This document shows positions 1 to 9,513 of a stretch of 32,000 nt of DNA, piece by piece. This DNA is from an archaeon (GTDB lineage: Archaea > Iainarchaeota > Iainarchaeia > Iainarchaeales > 1-14-0-10-31-34). Position numbers and translations under genes: made by a program. The notes under the pieces are model-generated. The model saw only the letters and a program-made list of their open reading frames with translations. It searched no databases and was not told where the DNA came from. Positions within the stretch are counted from its first letter, which is position 1; each line of letters starts with the position of its first letter. The stretch spans positions 76,870 to 108,869 of the forward strand of contig JAJRVL010000005.1 of NCBI GenBank assembly GCA_024277355.1. The letters are read 5' to 3'.

Positions 1-1506
1 TGGCTGTCTTGTTAAGATTTGGACTGGTCCTCTGCTTCTTGACTGCATTTTATGTGCAACCATGTGGAATAATCTTCTGTAAGCAACAATTCCATTAAAT
101 ATTTGGCCTTCTAATTTTTTTCCGCTTAAACCATCATAAAATGTTTCTTTTCCATCAGCTCTAAAGCCTGCTTCTTCAAGCATTTTTCCTATTTCTTGTC
201 TTGAAACTGAACTAAAAGGAGTTCCATCAATTTCTTTTCCTTTTAGTGATGCTGCTTTTCCGCCTAACATTTCAATTAAATGTCCTATGGTCATTCTTGA
301 AGGAATTGAATGGGGATTTAAAATTAAATCTGGTTTTATTCCTTCTTCTGTAAAAGGCATGTCTTCTTCTGGAATAATTGAACCAATAACTCCTTTTTGT
401 CCGTGTTTTGATGAAAACTTGTCTCCTACTTCAGGAATCATTAAGCTTCTGATTTTTATTTTAACTAATTTGTTTCCTTCTAAATCTTCTGCAATAAAAA
501 CTTTATCTACAAAACCTGGTTTTCCTTTTCTTACGGTCATTGAACTTTCTCTTCTTTTTTCTTGTACTACTCCAAATTCTGATACTTCTTCTAAAAATCT
601 TGGAGGAGAAGTTCTTCCAACTATTACATCTTTTTCTGACACAAATTCTTCTAATTCAACTAATCCGTCTTCGCCTAATTTTTTATAGAATTCTTCTCCT
701 AAAAATCCAATTGTTTCTTCTTTTGGGATTTCAAATTTGTCTATTTGACCGCCTGGATATCTTGTTTCTGCAGTTTCATAAGTTCTAAAATAAGCACTTC
801 TTCCAATTCCTCTGTCTACTGCTCCCTGATTTAATATTACGGCATCTAAAGTATTAAATCCATAATAAGGCATTATTGCTACAACGAGATTTTGTAATTG
901 AGGTCTTTTATCTAATTCCATTAAATCGCTGGTTTTTGTTTTAACTATTGCTTTTTGAGGATAATGTAATAAGTGGCCTTCAGTATCAGTTCTTAAATTA
1001 TAATTTATTCCTGGAATTCCTAATGCTTGTTTAAACATTTTTGCTCCATGCAATGATTTTCCAGCCATGTTGTGTTCTAAATAAGGAATTAATGAACTTA
1101 CAACAGATAAAATTCCTGCTGAATCAATTTCCATATGAGTGTGTTTTTTTGTTATTTCTTCTTCGCTTGTTGCAATTAAAGTGTTTTCTTCTTCTTCTGC
1201 ATCTAAGTATTCAATTATTCCTTCTTTTAGTAATACATTCCAATTAGTTTTTCCTTCTTTTAATGCTTTAATATGTTCTTCTTTTATTTTTAGTTTTCCG
1301 TTTTCTATTATTAACACAGGTCTTTGAACTCTTCCTGCATCTGAATTAATATAAACTTCTCTTGTGTCTTCGTGGAATGCAATATTAACCTGAGGATGGA
1401 TTTTTCCTTTTCTTCTTTGCTGAATTAATTCTTTAGTTAATTGTTCTGGTTCTTTATGAAAACCAATCAATCTTCCGTTAATATATACTTTTACTGCTGA
1501 AACCAT
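1..1506 (-). CDS. rpoB1: DNA-directed RNA polymerase subunit B' (C-terminal half of split B), 3' part missing at window edge
   Basis: Open minus-strand frame from ATG at 1506 (MVSAVKVYINGRLIGFHKEPEQL...) to the window edge; contains RNAP B motifs such as GDKFSSKHGQKGVIG and an SRSRGPVQ-like segment. Absent from the ORF track because it has no stop inside the window. Confidence 0.93.
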   Translation of the reverse strand, partial: MVSAVKVYINGRLIGFHKEPEQLTKELIQQRRKGKIHPQVNIAFHEDTREVYINSDAGRVQRPVLIIENGKLKIKEEHIKALKEGKTNWNVLLKEGIIEYLDAEEEENTLIATSEEEITKKHTHMEIDSAGILSVVSSLIPYLEHNMAGKSLHGAKMFKQALGIPGINYNLRTDTEGHLLHYPQKAIVKTKTSDLMELDKRPQLQNLVVAIMPYYGFNTLDAVILNQGAVDRGIGRSAYFRTYETAETRYPGGQIDKFEIPKEETIGFLGEEFYKKLGEDGLVELEEFVSEKDVIVGRTSPPRFLEEVSEFGVVQEKRRESSMTVRKGKPGFVDKVFIAEDLEGNKLVKIKIRSLMIPEVGDKFSSKHGQKGVIGSIIPEEDMPFTEEGIKPDLILNPHSIPSRMTIGHLIEMLGGKAASLKGKEIDGTPFSSVSRQEIGKMLEEAGFRADGKETFYDGLSGKKLEGQIFNGIVAYRRLFHMVAHKMQSRSRGPVQILTRQP

Positions 1507-1510
1507 TTTA

Positions 1511-2977
1511 TCACAATTTTTTCAGTTTTACGCCCATTTCATCCAGCATTTTTTCTACTGGTTCTTCAGGGGTGTCAACTGTAACCTCTGCTAATATACT
1601 TAAATTTTTAACTAAACCGCATTGAGGTCCGTCTGGAGTTTCAATTGGGTCTAATCTTCCCCAATGAGTTCCATGAACATCTCTTGCTTCATATAATTCT
1701 CTGTTTTTATCTAATGGGCTTTTGACTTTTCTTAAGTCAGTTAATGGAGCTAAATAATTAACTCTTTCCATGAATTTTGAAACACCTGTTGCTCTGCCAA
1801 TCCAGTTTCCTGTTGACATTGCAAACCTGATTCTTTCGCTTATTGCTCCAGGTCTTACAACAGTTGAAATATTTAATTTTCTTCTTCTTGTTACTGTTCT
1901 GTCAATCTGGAATTTTAAGTCTTTAATAAAATATTTAAATGAATATCTAAACAAGTGTTCCATTAATTTTCCGCTTAATTCTAATCTTTTGTTTTTGTAA
2001 TGGTCTTTGTCGTCTTCTTTTCTTATCCCATAACTTAATTCAATTGATTTTGTTGCCATCATAGCTAAATAATATGCTTTAGCTAATCTGTCTTCTGCTC
2101 TTTGACCAATATGCGGAAGCAAAAAAGCATCAATTACTTCTTTTGCTCTTCTTAATCTGTATTCGATTACTTGTCCTGGTGCTACATATTTTCCTATTTT
2201 ATCTAATGCATCATTTTCTTTTTTGATGTCATCTAATTCTAAATTTAATAAAATGTCATTTGTTATTTCTTTTTCATTAGGGAAAGCGCCAATAATATCT
2301 TTGTCGTTTACTAATCCAAGTGCTTTAAGTAATACAAATAATCTTAATTTTCTTGGAGAAGAAGGAAAAGTTACATATAATACTCCATCAATACTTCTTG
2401 TAATTCTTACTCTTCCTTTAAATGCGCCTTTGGTTGAAATTACTTCTGCAATCCATTTATCTAATTGAGTTGAAACTAAAACTCTGTCTGAAGACAATAC
2501 TTCTTGTGTCATTAATGCTTTTTCTGAACCATTGATAATAAAGTAAGCTCCAAAGTCCATTGGGTCTTCTCCTGATTCAGTTAATTCTTCTTCATTTAAT
2601 CCTTCAAGCCAGCATCTGTTTGATTTAAGCATTACTGGAAGTTCTCCAATATACGCTCTTTTTTCGTCTTGTTCTACATCTCTTCTAAGTAATTTCATTG
2701 TTAAAAATAAGGGTCCTGAATAAGTTCTGTTTCTTGTTCTTGCTTCCATTGGAAAAAAATTAGCTCTAGGACTTCCATCTGCTTCAATTATTTTTGGTTT
2801 TAATACTTCAATGTTTTCTAATTCAATTTTTACTTCTTCAATTTTAGGAACAATAGTTTTGTTTTCTTCTACTATTTCGTCTAATTTAACATCAACAAAC
2901 TGATTAAATGAATCAATTTCCTGTTGGGCAATGTTTTTTGTATTAAAATAAGATTTAATTAAAGGCCAGCCATTCAT
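1511..2977 (-). CDS. rpoB2: DNA-directed RNA polymerase subunit B'' (N-terminal half)
   Basis: 488 aa; MNGWPLIKSYF..., FNVSTV-like RRRKLNISTVVRPG..., HWGRLDPIETPDGPQCGLVKNLS typical of RNAP B. Confidence 0.95.
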   Translation of the reverse strand: MNGWPLIKSYFNTKNIAQQEIDSFNQFVDVKLDEIVEENKTIVPKIEEVKIELENIEVLKPKIIEADGSPRANFFPMEARTRNRTYSGPLFLTMKLLRRDVEQDEKRAYIGELPVMLKSNRCWLEGLNEEELTESGEDPMDFGAYFIINGSEKALMTQEVLSSDRVLVSTQLDKWIAEVISTKGAFKGRVRITRSIDGVLYVTFPSSPRKLRLFVLLKALGLVNDKDIIGAFPNEKEITNDILLNLELDDIKKENDALDKIGKYVAPGQVIEYRLRRAKEVIDAFLLPHIGQRAEDRLAKAYYLAMMATKSIELSYGIRKEDDKDHYKNKRLELSGKLMEHLFRYSFKYFIKDLKFQIDRTVTRRRKLNISTVVRPGAISERIRFAMSTGNWIGRATGVSKFMERVNYLAPLTDLRKVKSPLDKNRELYEARDVHGTHWGRLDPIETPDGPQCGLVKNLSILAEVTVDTPEEPVEKMLDEMGVKLKKL

Positions 2978-3192
2978 TTAACCACCATTCTGTAATAAAT
3001 AGTTTTTCCTGCAGTAGGAGTCTCTCTTGTAATTCTGATTAAGTTTCCTTTTTCTGCACCTAATTCTTCAATTACAGGATCAGACAAAAGAATTTGAGGA
3101 AATTTTTCTTTTTTTCCACCGAATTTTTTTATTATTTCTTCTGTTTCTTCTTCTTGAACAATTTCATGAATTGGAACAATTAAATGATTCAT
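2974..3192 (-). CDS. rpoH: DNA-directed RNA polymerase subunit H (Rpb5 C-terminal-like)
   Basis: MNHLIVPIHEIVQEEETEEIIKKFGGKKEKFPQILLSDPVIEELGAEKGNLIRITRETPTAGKTIYYRMVVK; typical RpoH and correctly placed upstream of rpoB''. Start taken at the internal Met (3192), not the track start at 3216. Confidence 0.92.
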   Translation of the reverse strand: MNHLIVPIHEIVQEEETEEIIKKFGGKKEKFPQILLSDPVIEELGAEKGNLIRITRETPTAGKTIYYRMVVK

Positions 3193-3436
3193 TATAGAAC
3201 TTAACTTTTTTATCAAGAGACCATCTCCGAGAGAAAAATTTTTTTTTGAGAGAATATAAAATAAATTTAAATCATGAATTGAATACTTAATGATTTAAAT
3301 CAAAAGCCATGAAAATGACTAAGTAATGTAAGTCTAACAAATTAGCTTCAGAAAAGAATTTAAAGCATTATGTTTACTTTGTTTTTTTGCTATTTAAGCT
3401 ATTATTTTTTTAATCTGATTTTCCTTTTATTCTATT

Positions 3437-4093
3437 ATGAATACTTTTCCTGAAAAAGATTTTTATCTTTTGCTTATTATTGCAAAAAAATCGGAATTAA
3501 ATAATTCAATTAAAGCTTCAACTTCAGAACTTGCATTAGACTTGAATATTTCTCAACAGTCTGTTTCAAGAAAACTTTCTTTTTTGGCTGAAAAAGAATT
3601 AATTGAAAGAAAAGTTTTAGCTTCAGGAAATATTATTTCTTTAACTGAAAAAGGAAAAAATTTTTTACTTAAAAGAAAGAATGAATTAGACAAAATTTTT
3701 TCTTCAAAAAAAAACAATAAGCTTTCAGGCAAAGTAAAATCAGGATTAGGAGAAGGAAAATATTACATTAATCTTCCAGGATATCAAAATCAATTCAAAA
3801 AAAAATTAGGAAACAGGGTTTTTCCCGGAACATTAAATATTAAAATAAATGAATTTGAATTAAATGATTTTCTTTCAGAGAAAAAAAAGATTTCAATTAA
3901 AGGTTTTTCTGATAAACAAAGAAGTTTTGGTCCGGCTTTTGTTTTCAAAGTAAAATTAAACGGCAGAATTGATGCTGCTGTAATAATTCCTGAAAGAACT
4001 AATCATCCTGAAAATATTCTTGAATTAATTTCTTCTTTTAATTTAAGGAAAAAATTAAAATTAAAAGACAATGCTTTAGTTTTTGTTTCTTAG
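3437..4093 (+). CDS. ribK: HTH domain fused to CTP-dependent archaeal riboflavin kinase
   Basis: N-terminal winged-helix-like segment plus GLGEGKYYINLPGY..., FPGTLNIKIN, IIPERTNHPENILE, typical of archaeal RibK. Confidence 0.88.
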   Translation: MNTFPEKDFYLLLIIAKKSELNNSIKASTSELALDLNISQQSVSRKLSFLAEKELIERKVLASGNIISLTEKGKNFLLKRKNELDKIFSSKKNNKLSGKVKSGLGEGKYYINLPGYQNQFKKKLGNRVFPGTLNIKINEFELNDFLSEKKKISIKGFSDKQRSFGPAFVFKVKLNGRIDAAVIIPERTNHPENILELISSFNLRKKLKLKDNALVFVS

Positions 4094-4584
4094 TTTTTTT
4101 TGAATGACTTTTTCATTTTGTTCAAAAAAGATTCTTTTTTCTTTTTTTCATTTTTTCTTCCTGTAAACTGAATTCTTCCTAATTCTTTTTCTGTTTCTTC
4201 AACTAATTTATTTACTTTTTCTGTTAATTTATCTTTTTTTAGTTCTGCATCTTCATCTGTTTTAAGCAATCCAATCATTTTTTCAATTGCTTTTTCTTGT
4301 TTTGTTTTGAATTCGTTTTTTTCTTGTTTTTGATCAAACTTTTTTGAAAAAGTTTGTTGGCCAATTGCTTTTTCTTGTTTTGTTTTGAATTCGTTTTTTT
4401 CTTGTTTTATTTCAGGTTCTTTATTTTCTGTTTTTTGCTCCTGTATTTCTTTGTCTTGTTTAACTTTTAATTTGTTTTCTTGTTCTGTTTTTTCTGTTTT
4501 TGTTTCTTCTTTTTGAGTTTTCTTTCCTTTAATTAAATCTATCATTTCATTTATTTCTTCTTCTTGTTTTTTTTCTTCACTCAT
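4090..4584 (-). CDS. Hypothetical highly charged Lys/Glu/Gln-rich protein with internal repeat
   Basis: 164 aa ORF of coiled-coil/disordered character; KNEFKTKQEKAI occurs twice. Confidence 0.6.
   Translation of the reverse strand: MSEEKKQEEEINEMIDLIKGKKTQKEETKTEKTEQENKLKVKQDKEIQEQKTENKEPEIKQEKNEFKTKQEKAIGQQTFSKKFDQKQEKNEFKTKQEKAIEKMIGLLKTDEDAELKKDKLTEKVNKLVEETEKELGRIQFTGRKNEKKKKESFLNKMKKSFKKN
4284..4408. repeat. Direct repeat, two identical 47-nt copies (4284-4330 and 4362-4408), 78-nt period
   Basis: Both copies read caattgctttttcttgttttgttttgaattcgtttttttcttgtttt. Confidence 0.85.
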
Positions 4585-4595
4585 TTTTTTCCCTT

Positions 4596-5525
4596 TTATT
4601 CAATTTTTAAGTAATTTTTTAATTCCATTTTTTTATTGAAAACAACATGGTATTTTCTTATTTTAATCATTACTTCTGCTTCATATCCTAACGGAGTTTT
4701 TTCAAAATTAAGTATTTGGATTTCTGTTGTTGCTAAACCATTAGTTAACTCTTTTTTCATTCTTTGTTTTATATCTTTTTCCAAACGTGGAAATAATTCT
4801 TCAGGATTTCTTTTTCTCCAGACAACAAATATGACTCCTGTTGCAACAAGCAGAATAAATCCTGCTGCAACAAGCAGGAAAGGAAAATCTGCTGGTTTTT
4901 CTTTTCTGAATTCTATTCGAATATAATTTGCATCAATGTTTTTTGTATCATAAAACAGTATAAACCCGTCTTTAATTGAATATCTTTCAGGATTAATTTC
5001 AACAATTTCTCCTCTGACTTTAATCCTTAAATTTTCTTTGCTTATTTCAGGAGAAAAATAATCTTTTATTTCCGGTTCAATTATCAAAATAAACTGCTCT
5101 TTGTTTACGTCAATTAATGCAAACCCGTCTTTTATTTTGCTTAATTCTTTTATTATTTCTCTTGAATTGTCAAAACTTAATTTTAGTTTTCCATAATATT
5201 CATCTTTTTCCATTGTGCATTGAAATGAATTTTTTACTTCTTTTAAAAAAATTAATTCTGCTTTTGCAGTGTCTCTTGTGTCTTTGTCTAAGCTGTTAAT
5301 GTTTGCTTCTAATGATGCTTCAGTTGAAGGAAAAAGTTTCTTTAATTCTTTTTTGCAGTCTTTAATTTCTTTTCCTTTTTCTGTTAGTTTTCCTTCATAA
5401 GTTAATTCAGTTGAAATTATTTCTTCTTTTATTTCAATAGTAGTCGTTTTTTCTGCTGACTCAAAATAACTAATGCATCCGCTGAATAAAAGCAGTAAAA
5501 TTAATACAGGGATTATTTTTTTCAT
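4596..5525 (-). CDS. Hypothetical lipoprotein-like protein with C-terminal transmembrane helix
   Basis: MKKIIPVLILLLLFSGCISYFES (lipobox-like) and C-terminal FPFLLVAAGFILLVATGVIFVVWRKR. Confidence 0.75.
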   Translation of the reverse strand: MKKIIPVLILLLLFSGCISYFESAEKTTTIEIKEEIISTELTYEGKLTEKGKEIKDCKKELKKLFPSTEASLEANINSLDKDTRDTAKAELIFLKEVKNSFQCTMEKDEYYGKLKLSFDNSREIIKELSKIKDGFALIDVNKEQFILIIEPEIKDYFSPEISKENLRIKVRGEIVEINPERYSIKDGFILFYDTKNIDANYIRIEFRKEKPADFPFLLVAAGFILLVATGVIFVVWRKRNPEELFPRLEKDIKQRMKKELTNGLATTEIQILNFEKTPLGYEAEVMIKIRKYHVVFNKKMELKNYLKIE

Positions 5526-5561
5526 TTAATAGAATTAGTTCTGTCAAATTAATAAACTTTA

Positions 5562-5738
5562 TTATAAGCGCATAAACGCAATTACGCCAAAACTGATGAA
5601 AATATAAGATAAAACCATTCCCTGTGTGCTGAAAATTAATTCATTAAAAAAAGAAATTTCAAGCAGGTTTAATGCTATTAAAACCATATAAAATAAAATC
5701 CAGAAAAAAAGCCCCTGAACCATTGAATTTTTTATCAT
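5562..5738 (-). CDS. Small membrane protein (58 aa), paralog of 6104..6271
   Basis: MIKNSMVQGLFFWILFYMVLIALNLLEISFFNELIFSTQGMVLSYIFISFGVIAFMRL; ATG directly abuts the stop of 5739..6098; related to the second copy. Confidence 0.6.
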   Translation of the reverse strand: MIKNSMVQGLFFWILFYMVLIALNLLEISFFNELIFSTQGMVLSYIFISFGVIAFMRL

Positions 5739-6098
5739 TTAAAACACGCCCATGCTGTATAAAAATATCATTAAGAAAAAATAAATTGTTAAAACAAAAG
5801 GAATTTTTCCCTGTAATTGAGGAATGTTTTCAGTAAAAGTCAATAAAATTACTTCAATTATATAATACACAAACAAAAATCCGCCAACTAAAATAACTAT
5901 TCCTGCTGTTTCAAAAAATTCTACTGTGGAAAAAATCATAATTAATATAATTAAAAAGAACCTTAATGAAAATTTTTTGTTGTAAACAAAAGTAATCATC
6001 AATATTGCAAACACCCAGAAAATGTTATTCATAGCTAACTCTACAAACCACTGCAAGTCTAAACTTGCTAATTTTGGAATCCATTCAACTGACAGCAT
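5739..6098 (-). CDS. Small multi-pass membrane protein, paralog of 6276..6641
   Basis: 119 aa; shares SLDLQWFVELAMNNIFW...ITFVY and ...VGGFLF...Y...LTF.E.IP.L with its neighbour. Confidence 0.72.
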   Translation of the reverse strand: MLSVEWIPKLASLDLQWFVELAMNNIFWVFAILMITFVYNKKFSLRFFLIILIMIFSTVEFFETAGIVILVGGFLFVYYIIEVILLTFTENIPQLQGKIPFVLTIYFFLMIFLYSMGVF

Positions 6099-6103
6099 AA
6101 TTA

Positions 6104-6271
6104 CAACCTTGCAAACATTACATTAATTATAAAAAATAAAACGCCTAACCCCATCATTTCTGCTGAATAAAGTGAATCTGCAAAAATCCTTATTTCTAAA
6201 AGATTAAGGATAAACAAGACACTGAAAAAAACAAACATTATTTTTATTCCGTCTAATACTGATTTAATCAT
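6104..6271 (-). CDS. Small membrane protein (55 aa), paralog of 5562..5738
   Basis: MIKSVLDGIKIMFVFFSVLFILNLLEIRIFADSLYSAEMMGLGVLFFIINVFARL; 168 nt, in frame from ATG at 6271 to TAA; below the track length cutoff. Confidence 0.6.
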
Positions 6272-6275
6272 TTTT

Positions 6276-6641
6276 TTACACCAAAAACAAATTATATAAA
6301 ATTAATATTGTAAAAAACTGAATCAGCATGACTATTGGAAGCCTGTTTTTAAGTGAAGGGATTGCTTCAGCAAAAGTCAACACAATAAGTCTTGCTGTAT
6401 AATTAATGAAAAGCAGTCCTCCAACAAGATAAACTAATCCAAGATTTCCAATAAAAGGAATACTAATCCAAAACCAAAAAATAACTACAAAAAAAGTTTT
6501 CCAGTTCCATTTTAATTCGTGATAAACAAAAGTAATCAAAATAAACAAAAATAACCAGAAAATATTGTTCATAGCTAACTCTACAAACCACTGTAAATCC
6601 AGTGAAAGCAGTCTGACAAAAAATTCAATTGCTAAAGACAT
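6276..6641 (-). CDS. Small multi-pass membrane protein, paralog of 5739..6098
   Basis: 121 aa; MSLAIEFFVRLLSLDLQWFVELAMNNIFWLFLFILITFVYHE... Confidence 0.72.
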   Translation of the reverse strand: MSLAIEFFVRLLSLDLQWFVELAMNNIFWLFLFILITFVYHELKWNWKTFFVVIFWFWISIPFIGNLGLVYLVGGLLFINYTARLIVLTFAEAIPSLKNRLPIVMLIQFFTILILYNLFLV

Positions 6642-6726
6642 TTAACTAACCCAAAACCCTCTATTTATGTATAAATTGGGCAAAGAAAAGCTTAAATACT
6701 CTTTTTTTAACTGGACTAAGTGAATT

Positions 6727-7476
6727 TCAAATAAATGCGATTATCAAATAAAATATTCCTAATCCAAAACAAAAATAACTAAAATTAATTTTTTTTGCTA
6801 TTTCAAGCAGATATTTTATGCTTAAATAACCACTTACAAAAGCCACTAATACAGCAATCAATAAATTCCATTCAAATGCAATTCCCTCTTTTAAGCCAAA
6901 CAACACTTCAGCTAAAAAAACTGAAGGAACTGAAAGCAAAAAACTTAACTTAAATGCTTTTTGCGGAGTAAAACCTTTAAATAACAAAACTGAAGTTGTT
7001 ATTCCGCTTCTGCTTATTCCTGGAAGAACAGAAAACCCTTGTCCCAATCCAAGCAAAAATGCATTTTGTTTGGTTTCTTCTGTTTTTTTTTCTTTTTTGT
7101 TTTTCCATTGCAGTATTCCTGTTCCAATTAACATTAATCCAATTAAAACTGAAAGATAAAATGAACTAACTGAAATTTCTTTCAAAAACAAATACATTGG
7201 AATTCCGGTTATTGCAGTTGATAATACTGCAATTAAAATAAACTGCATTAAATTCCTGTTTTTTAATTCAATTATTTCTCTGAAATCTTTTCTGAAATAA
7301 ATTAAAGCAGAAAGCATTGTTCCTGCATGAAGTAAAACTGAATAACTAAAAGCTGTTTCTGAGTCAATTCCAAAAACTTTTATTGCAGTAATTATTGTTT
7401 GTCCCTGCGAACTGATTGGAAGCCATTCAGTTATTCCCTGCATTAAACCTAAAACTATTGCCTGAATTAAATCCAT
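6727..7476 (-). CDS. uppP: Undecaprenyl-diphosphatase/BacA-family polyprenyl-PP phosphatase
   Basis: MDLIQAIVLGLMQGITEWLPISSQGQ...GQGFSVLPGISRSGITTSVLL family motifs. Confidence 0.92.
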   Translation of the reverse strand: MDLIQAIVLGLMQGITEWLPISSQGQTIITAIKVFGIDSETAFSYSVLLHAGTMLSALIYFRKDFREIIELKNRNLMQFILIAVLSTAITGIPMYLFLKEISVSSFYLSVLIGLMLIGTGILQWKNKKEKKTEETKQNAFLLGLGQGFSVLPGISRSGITTSVLLFKGFTPQKAFKLSFLLSVPSVFLAEVLFGLKEGIAFEWNLLIAVLVAFVSGYLSIKYLLEIAKKINFSYFCFGLGIFYLIIAFI

Positions 7477-7481
7477 TTACT

Positions 7482-7745
7482 TCACTGCTTTTTGTACCAT
7501 TTTTCATATTGCTTATGATTTCCTGCAAACATTATTATTCTTGTTTTTTCTTTTTCTTCAAAGCATATTCTGTATTGCCCTGATTCTAAAACAAAAAAAG
7601 GTAAACCATGTTTTAAGTGCCTTGCTTTTTCAATTGTCTTTAACTGTATTATTTTTTTCCATAGTCTTTCTTTTTCCTGTTTGTCAATTTTTCTAAAAAA
7701 CTTATCCCATTCTTCAGCAAAACTTATTTCAAACAAGAAAATCAA
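7482..7745 (-). CDS. RelE/ParE-superfamily-like toxin
   Basis: 87 aa; FEISFAEEWDKFFRKIDKQ...ESGQYRICFEEKEKTRIIMFAGNHKQYEKWY; overlaps the upstream gene by 4 nt. Confidence 0.72.
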   Translation of the reverse strand: MIFLFEISFAEEWDKFFRKIDKQEKERLWKKIIQLKTIEKARHLKHGLPFFVLESGQYRICFEEKEKTRIIMFAGNHKQYEKWYKKQ

Positions 7746-8020
7746 AACCCGTATTTTTTCTTTATTTGTTTTTCAGTTAAAACTTTTCTTTTTCCTTTTT
7801 TTATTTCTTCACTGATTTTCTTCATTTTTCTTAAAGCTAATTGGTCTTCAATTTCTTTAACATTTTTGAAAACACCATAATCTTTTCCTAATTCAAGTAT
7901 TCCTGCTCTTATTACTTCGCTTTTGGTTTTGAATATTCCTGTTTCAACTAATTTATCAAGAATTATTTCTTGTGCGCCTTCAAACCTAACTAAAGTTTCT
8001 CCCATAAAATCACCTATCAA
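7742..8020 (-). CDS. Ribbon-helix-helix/CopG-like antitoxin candidate
   Basis: 92 aa; ETLVRFEGAQEIILDKLVETGIFKTKSEVIRAGILELGKDYG; upstream of and overlapping the toxin-like ORF. Confidence 0.62.
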   Translation of the reverse strand: MIGDFMGETLVRFEGAQEIILDKLVETGIFKTKSEVIRAGILELGKDYGVFKNVKEIEDQLALRKMKKISEEIKKGKRKVLTEKQIKKKYGF

Positions 8021-8044
8021 TTTGTTATCAAAAAGATATATAAA

Positions 8045-9472
8045 TTAATTGCTTTGTTTTAATTCTTTTGGAATCCATAAATCTGTTTTGTAAATTATTA
8101 TTGTTATTACTGCACCAATTACGGCAGAAAAAAGTAATGAATACCATATTCCTTTTAGTCCATAAATTTCTTTTAAGAAAAAAGATAAAATAACAATTAA
8201 AATCCAGTATCCTGCTGTCATTAACATTGAAAGAAAAGTATTTCCTGCTCCTTGAAAACCTGAAGAAATAGTCATTAAAATTCATCTGAAAGGATAAGAA
8301 AAAGCAGCAATTGACAAATATACTAATCCAATTGAAATCACTTCTTTATCTGCAGAAAATAATTTAAAAAACGGTTCAGGAAACAAAACAAATATTACTG
8401 CAACAATTCCCATTAAAAAAGCTGAAATTGCAGTGGAATAAAAAATTGTTTTTTTTGCTCTTTCAAGTTTTTTTGCGCCAATATTCTGTCCAACCATTGC
8501 AATTGTAGCACTAATTAATCCAATTACCGGCAGAATTGCAATTGAATCCAATCTTGTTCCAATTCCATAAGCTGCAATTGATAATACTCCAAAAACTCCT
8601 ACAAAACTCATTATAACAGTTAAACCCAAAGAAATAGTTAAATGCCCAATAGAAGCAGGAGCCCCCAAAAAAATTATTTTTTTCATTATTCTTAAATCAA
8701 AAGAGAAATCTTTTGGATTAATTTTAATTAAACCTCTTCCTTTTAAAATATAAAAAATATTTAGTCCTGCACCAACACTTCTGGATAAAACAGTTGCTAA
8801 TGCAGCCCCAAAAATCCCTAAAGCAGGAAAACCAAACAATCCAAAAATCAGTATTGGATCTAAAATAATATTTAACATAACACTTATTGCCATATTAATC
8901 ATTGGGGTTTTTGAATCTCCTTCAGCCTGCATTATTCCTTGTGAAATAAATCCAATAAACAAAAAAATAAATCCAATAAAAATTGTGTTAGAATAAAGCA
9001 AAGTTAATTCAAGTATTTCAGGAGTTGCCCCCATAAAAACAAAAATTGGTTTTCCAAAAATAATTCCTAAAACAGCAATAATTATTCCAATAACTCCAGA
9101 CAGCATTAAAGAATGCTCTGCAATATTATTAGCTTTAGAATAATTTTTTGCCCCAACTGCCTGCGCAACTAAAGTAGTTGAACCAACACTTAAACCTGAA
9201 GCAAAAGCAATGAAAATAAATACAACAGGAAAAGTTATTGCAACAGCAGCTAAAGCTTCAGTTCCAAGCATCCCGATAAAAATTGTGTCAATTACATTAA
9301 AGGCTGTCTGCAAAAGCATGCCAAGCATTATTGGCAAAGCTAAAAAAATTAATGTTTTAAAAATGCTTCCTTCAGTTAAATTATTTTTTTTCTTAATAAA
9401 AATCAACTCTAAAATAAAAAGTGAAAATATTATGTATAATTTAGGCTTGCCTAAGTACTTGCTGAAGAACAA
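8045..9472 (-). pseudogene. MATE-family efflux protein interrupted by an in-frame TGA at 8282-8284
   Basis: Two same-frame ORFs (8282..9472 and 8045..8275): ...LSIAAFSYPFR[TGA]ILMTISSGFQGAGNTFLSMLM... The 5' boundary is uncertain. Confidence 0.8.
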
Positions 9473-9513
9473 ATGCTACAATTCATTTTTATTTCTTTTC
9501 TTCTTTTCCTTTA

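Noticed and set aside
287-1327. Plus-strand ORFs 287..688, 540..788, 1041..1247, 1139..1327
   Set aside because: Antisense to rpoB'; Leu/Phe/Ser-rich translations with no recognisable domain, typical of AT-rich antisense frames.
3217-3436. C/D-box sRNA or small RNA in the rpoH-ribK intergenic region
   Set aside because: Only weak C-like and D-like matches, with no convincing box spacing or terminal stem.
6104-6275. Possible A-run frameshift in the second small membrane ORF
   Set aside because: Careful rereading of the 6240/6241 junction shows one continuous frame (MIKSVLDGIKIMFVFF...).
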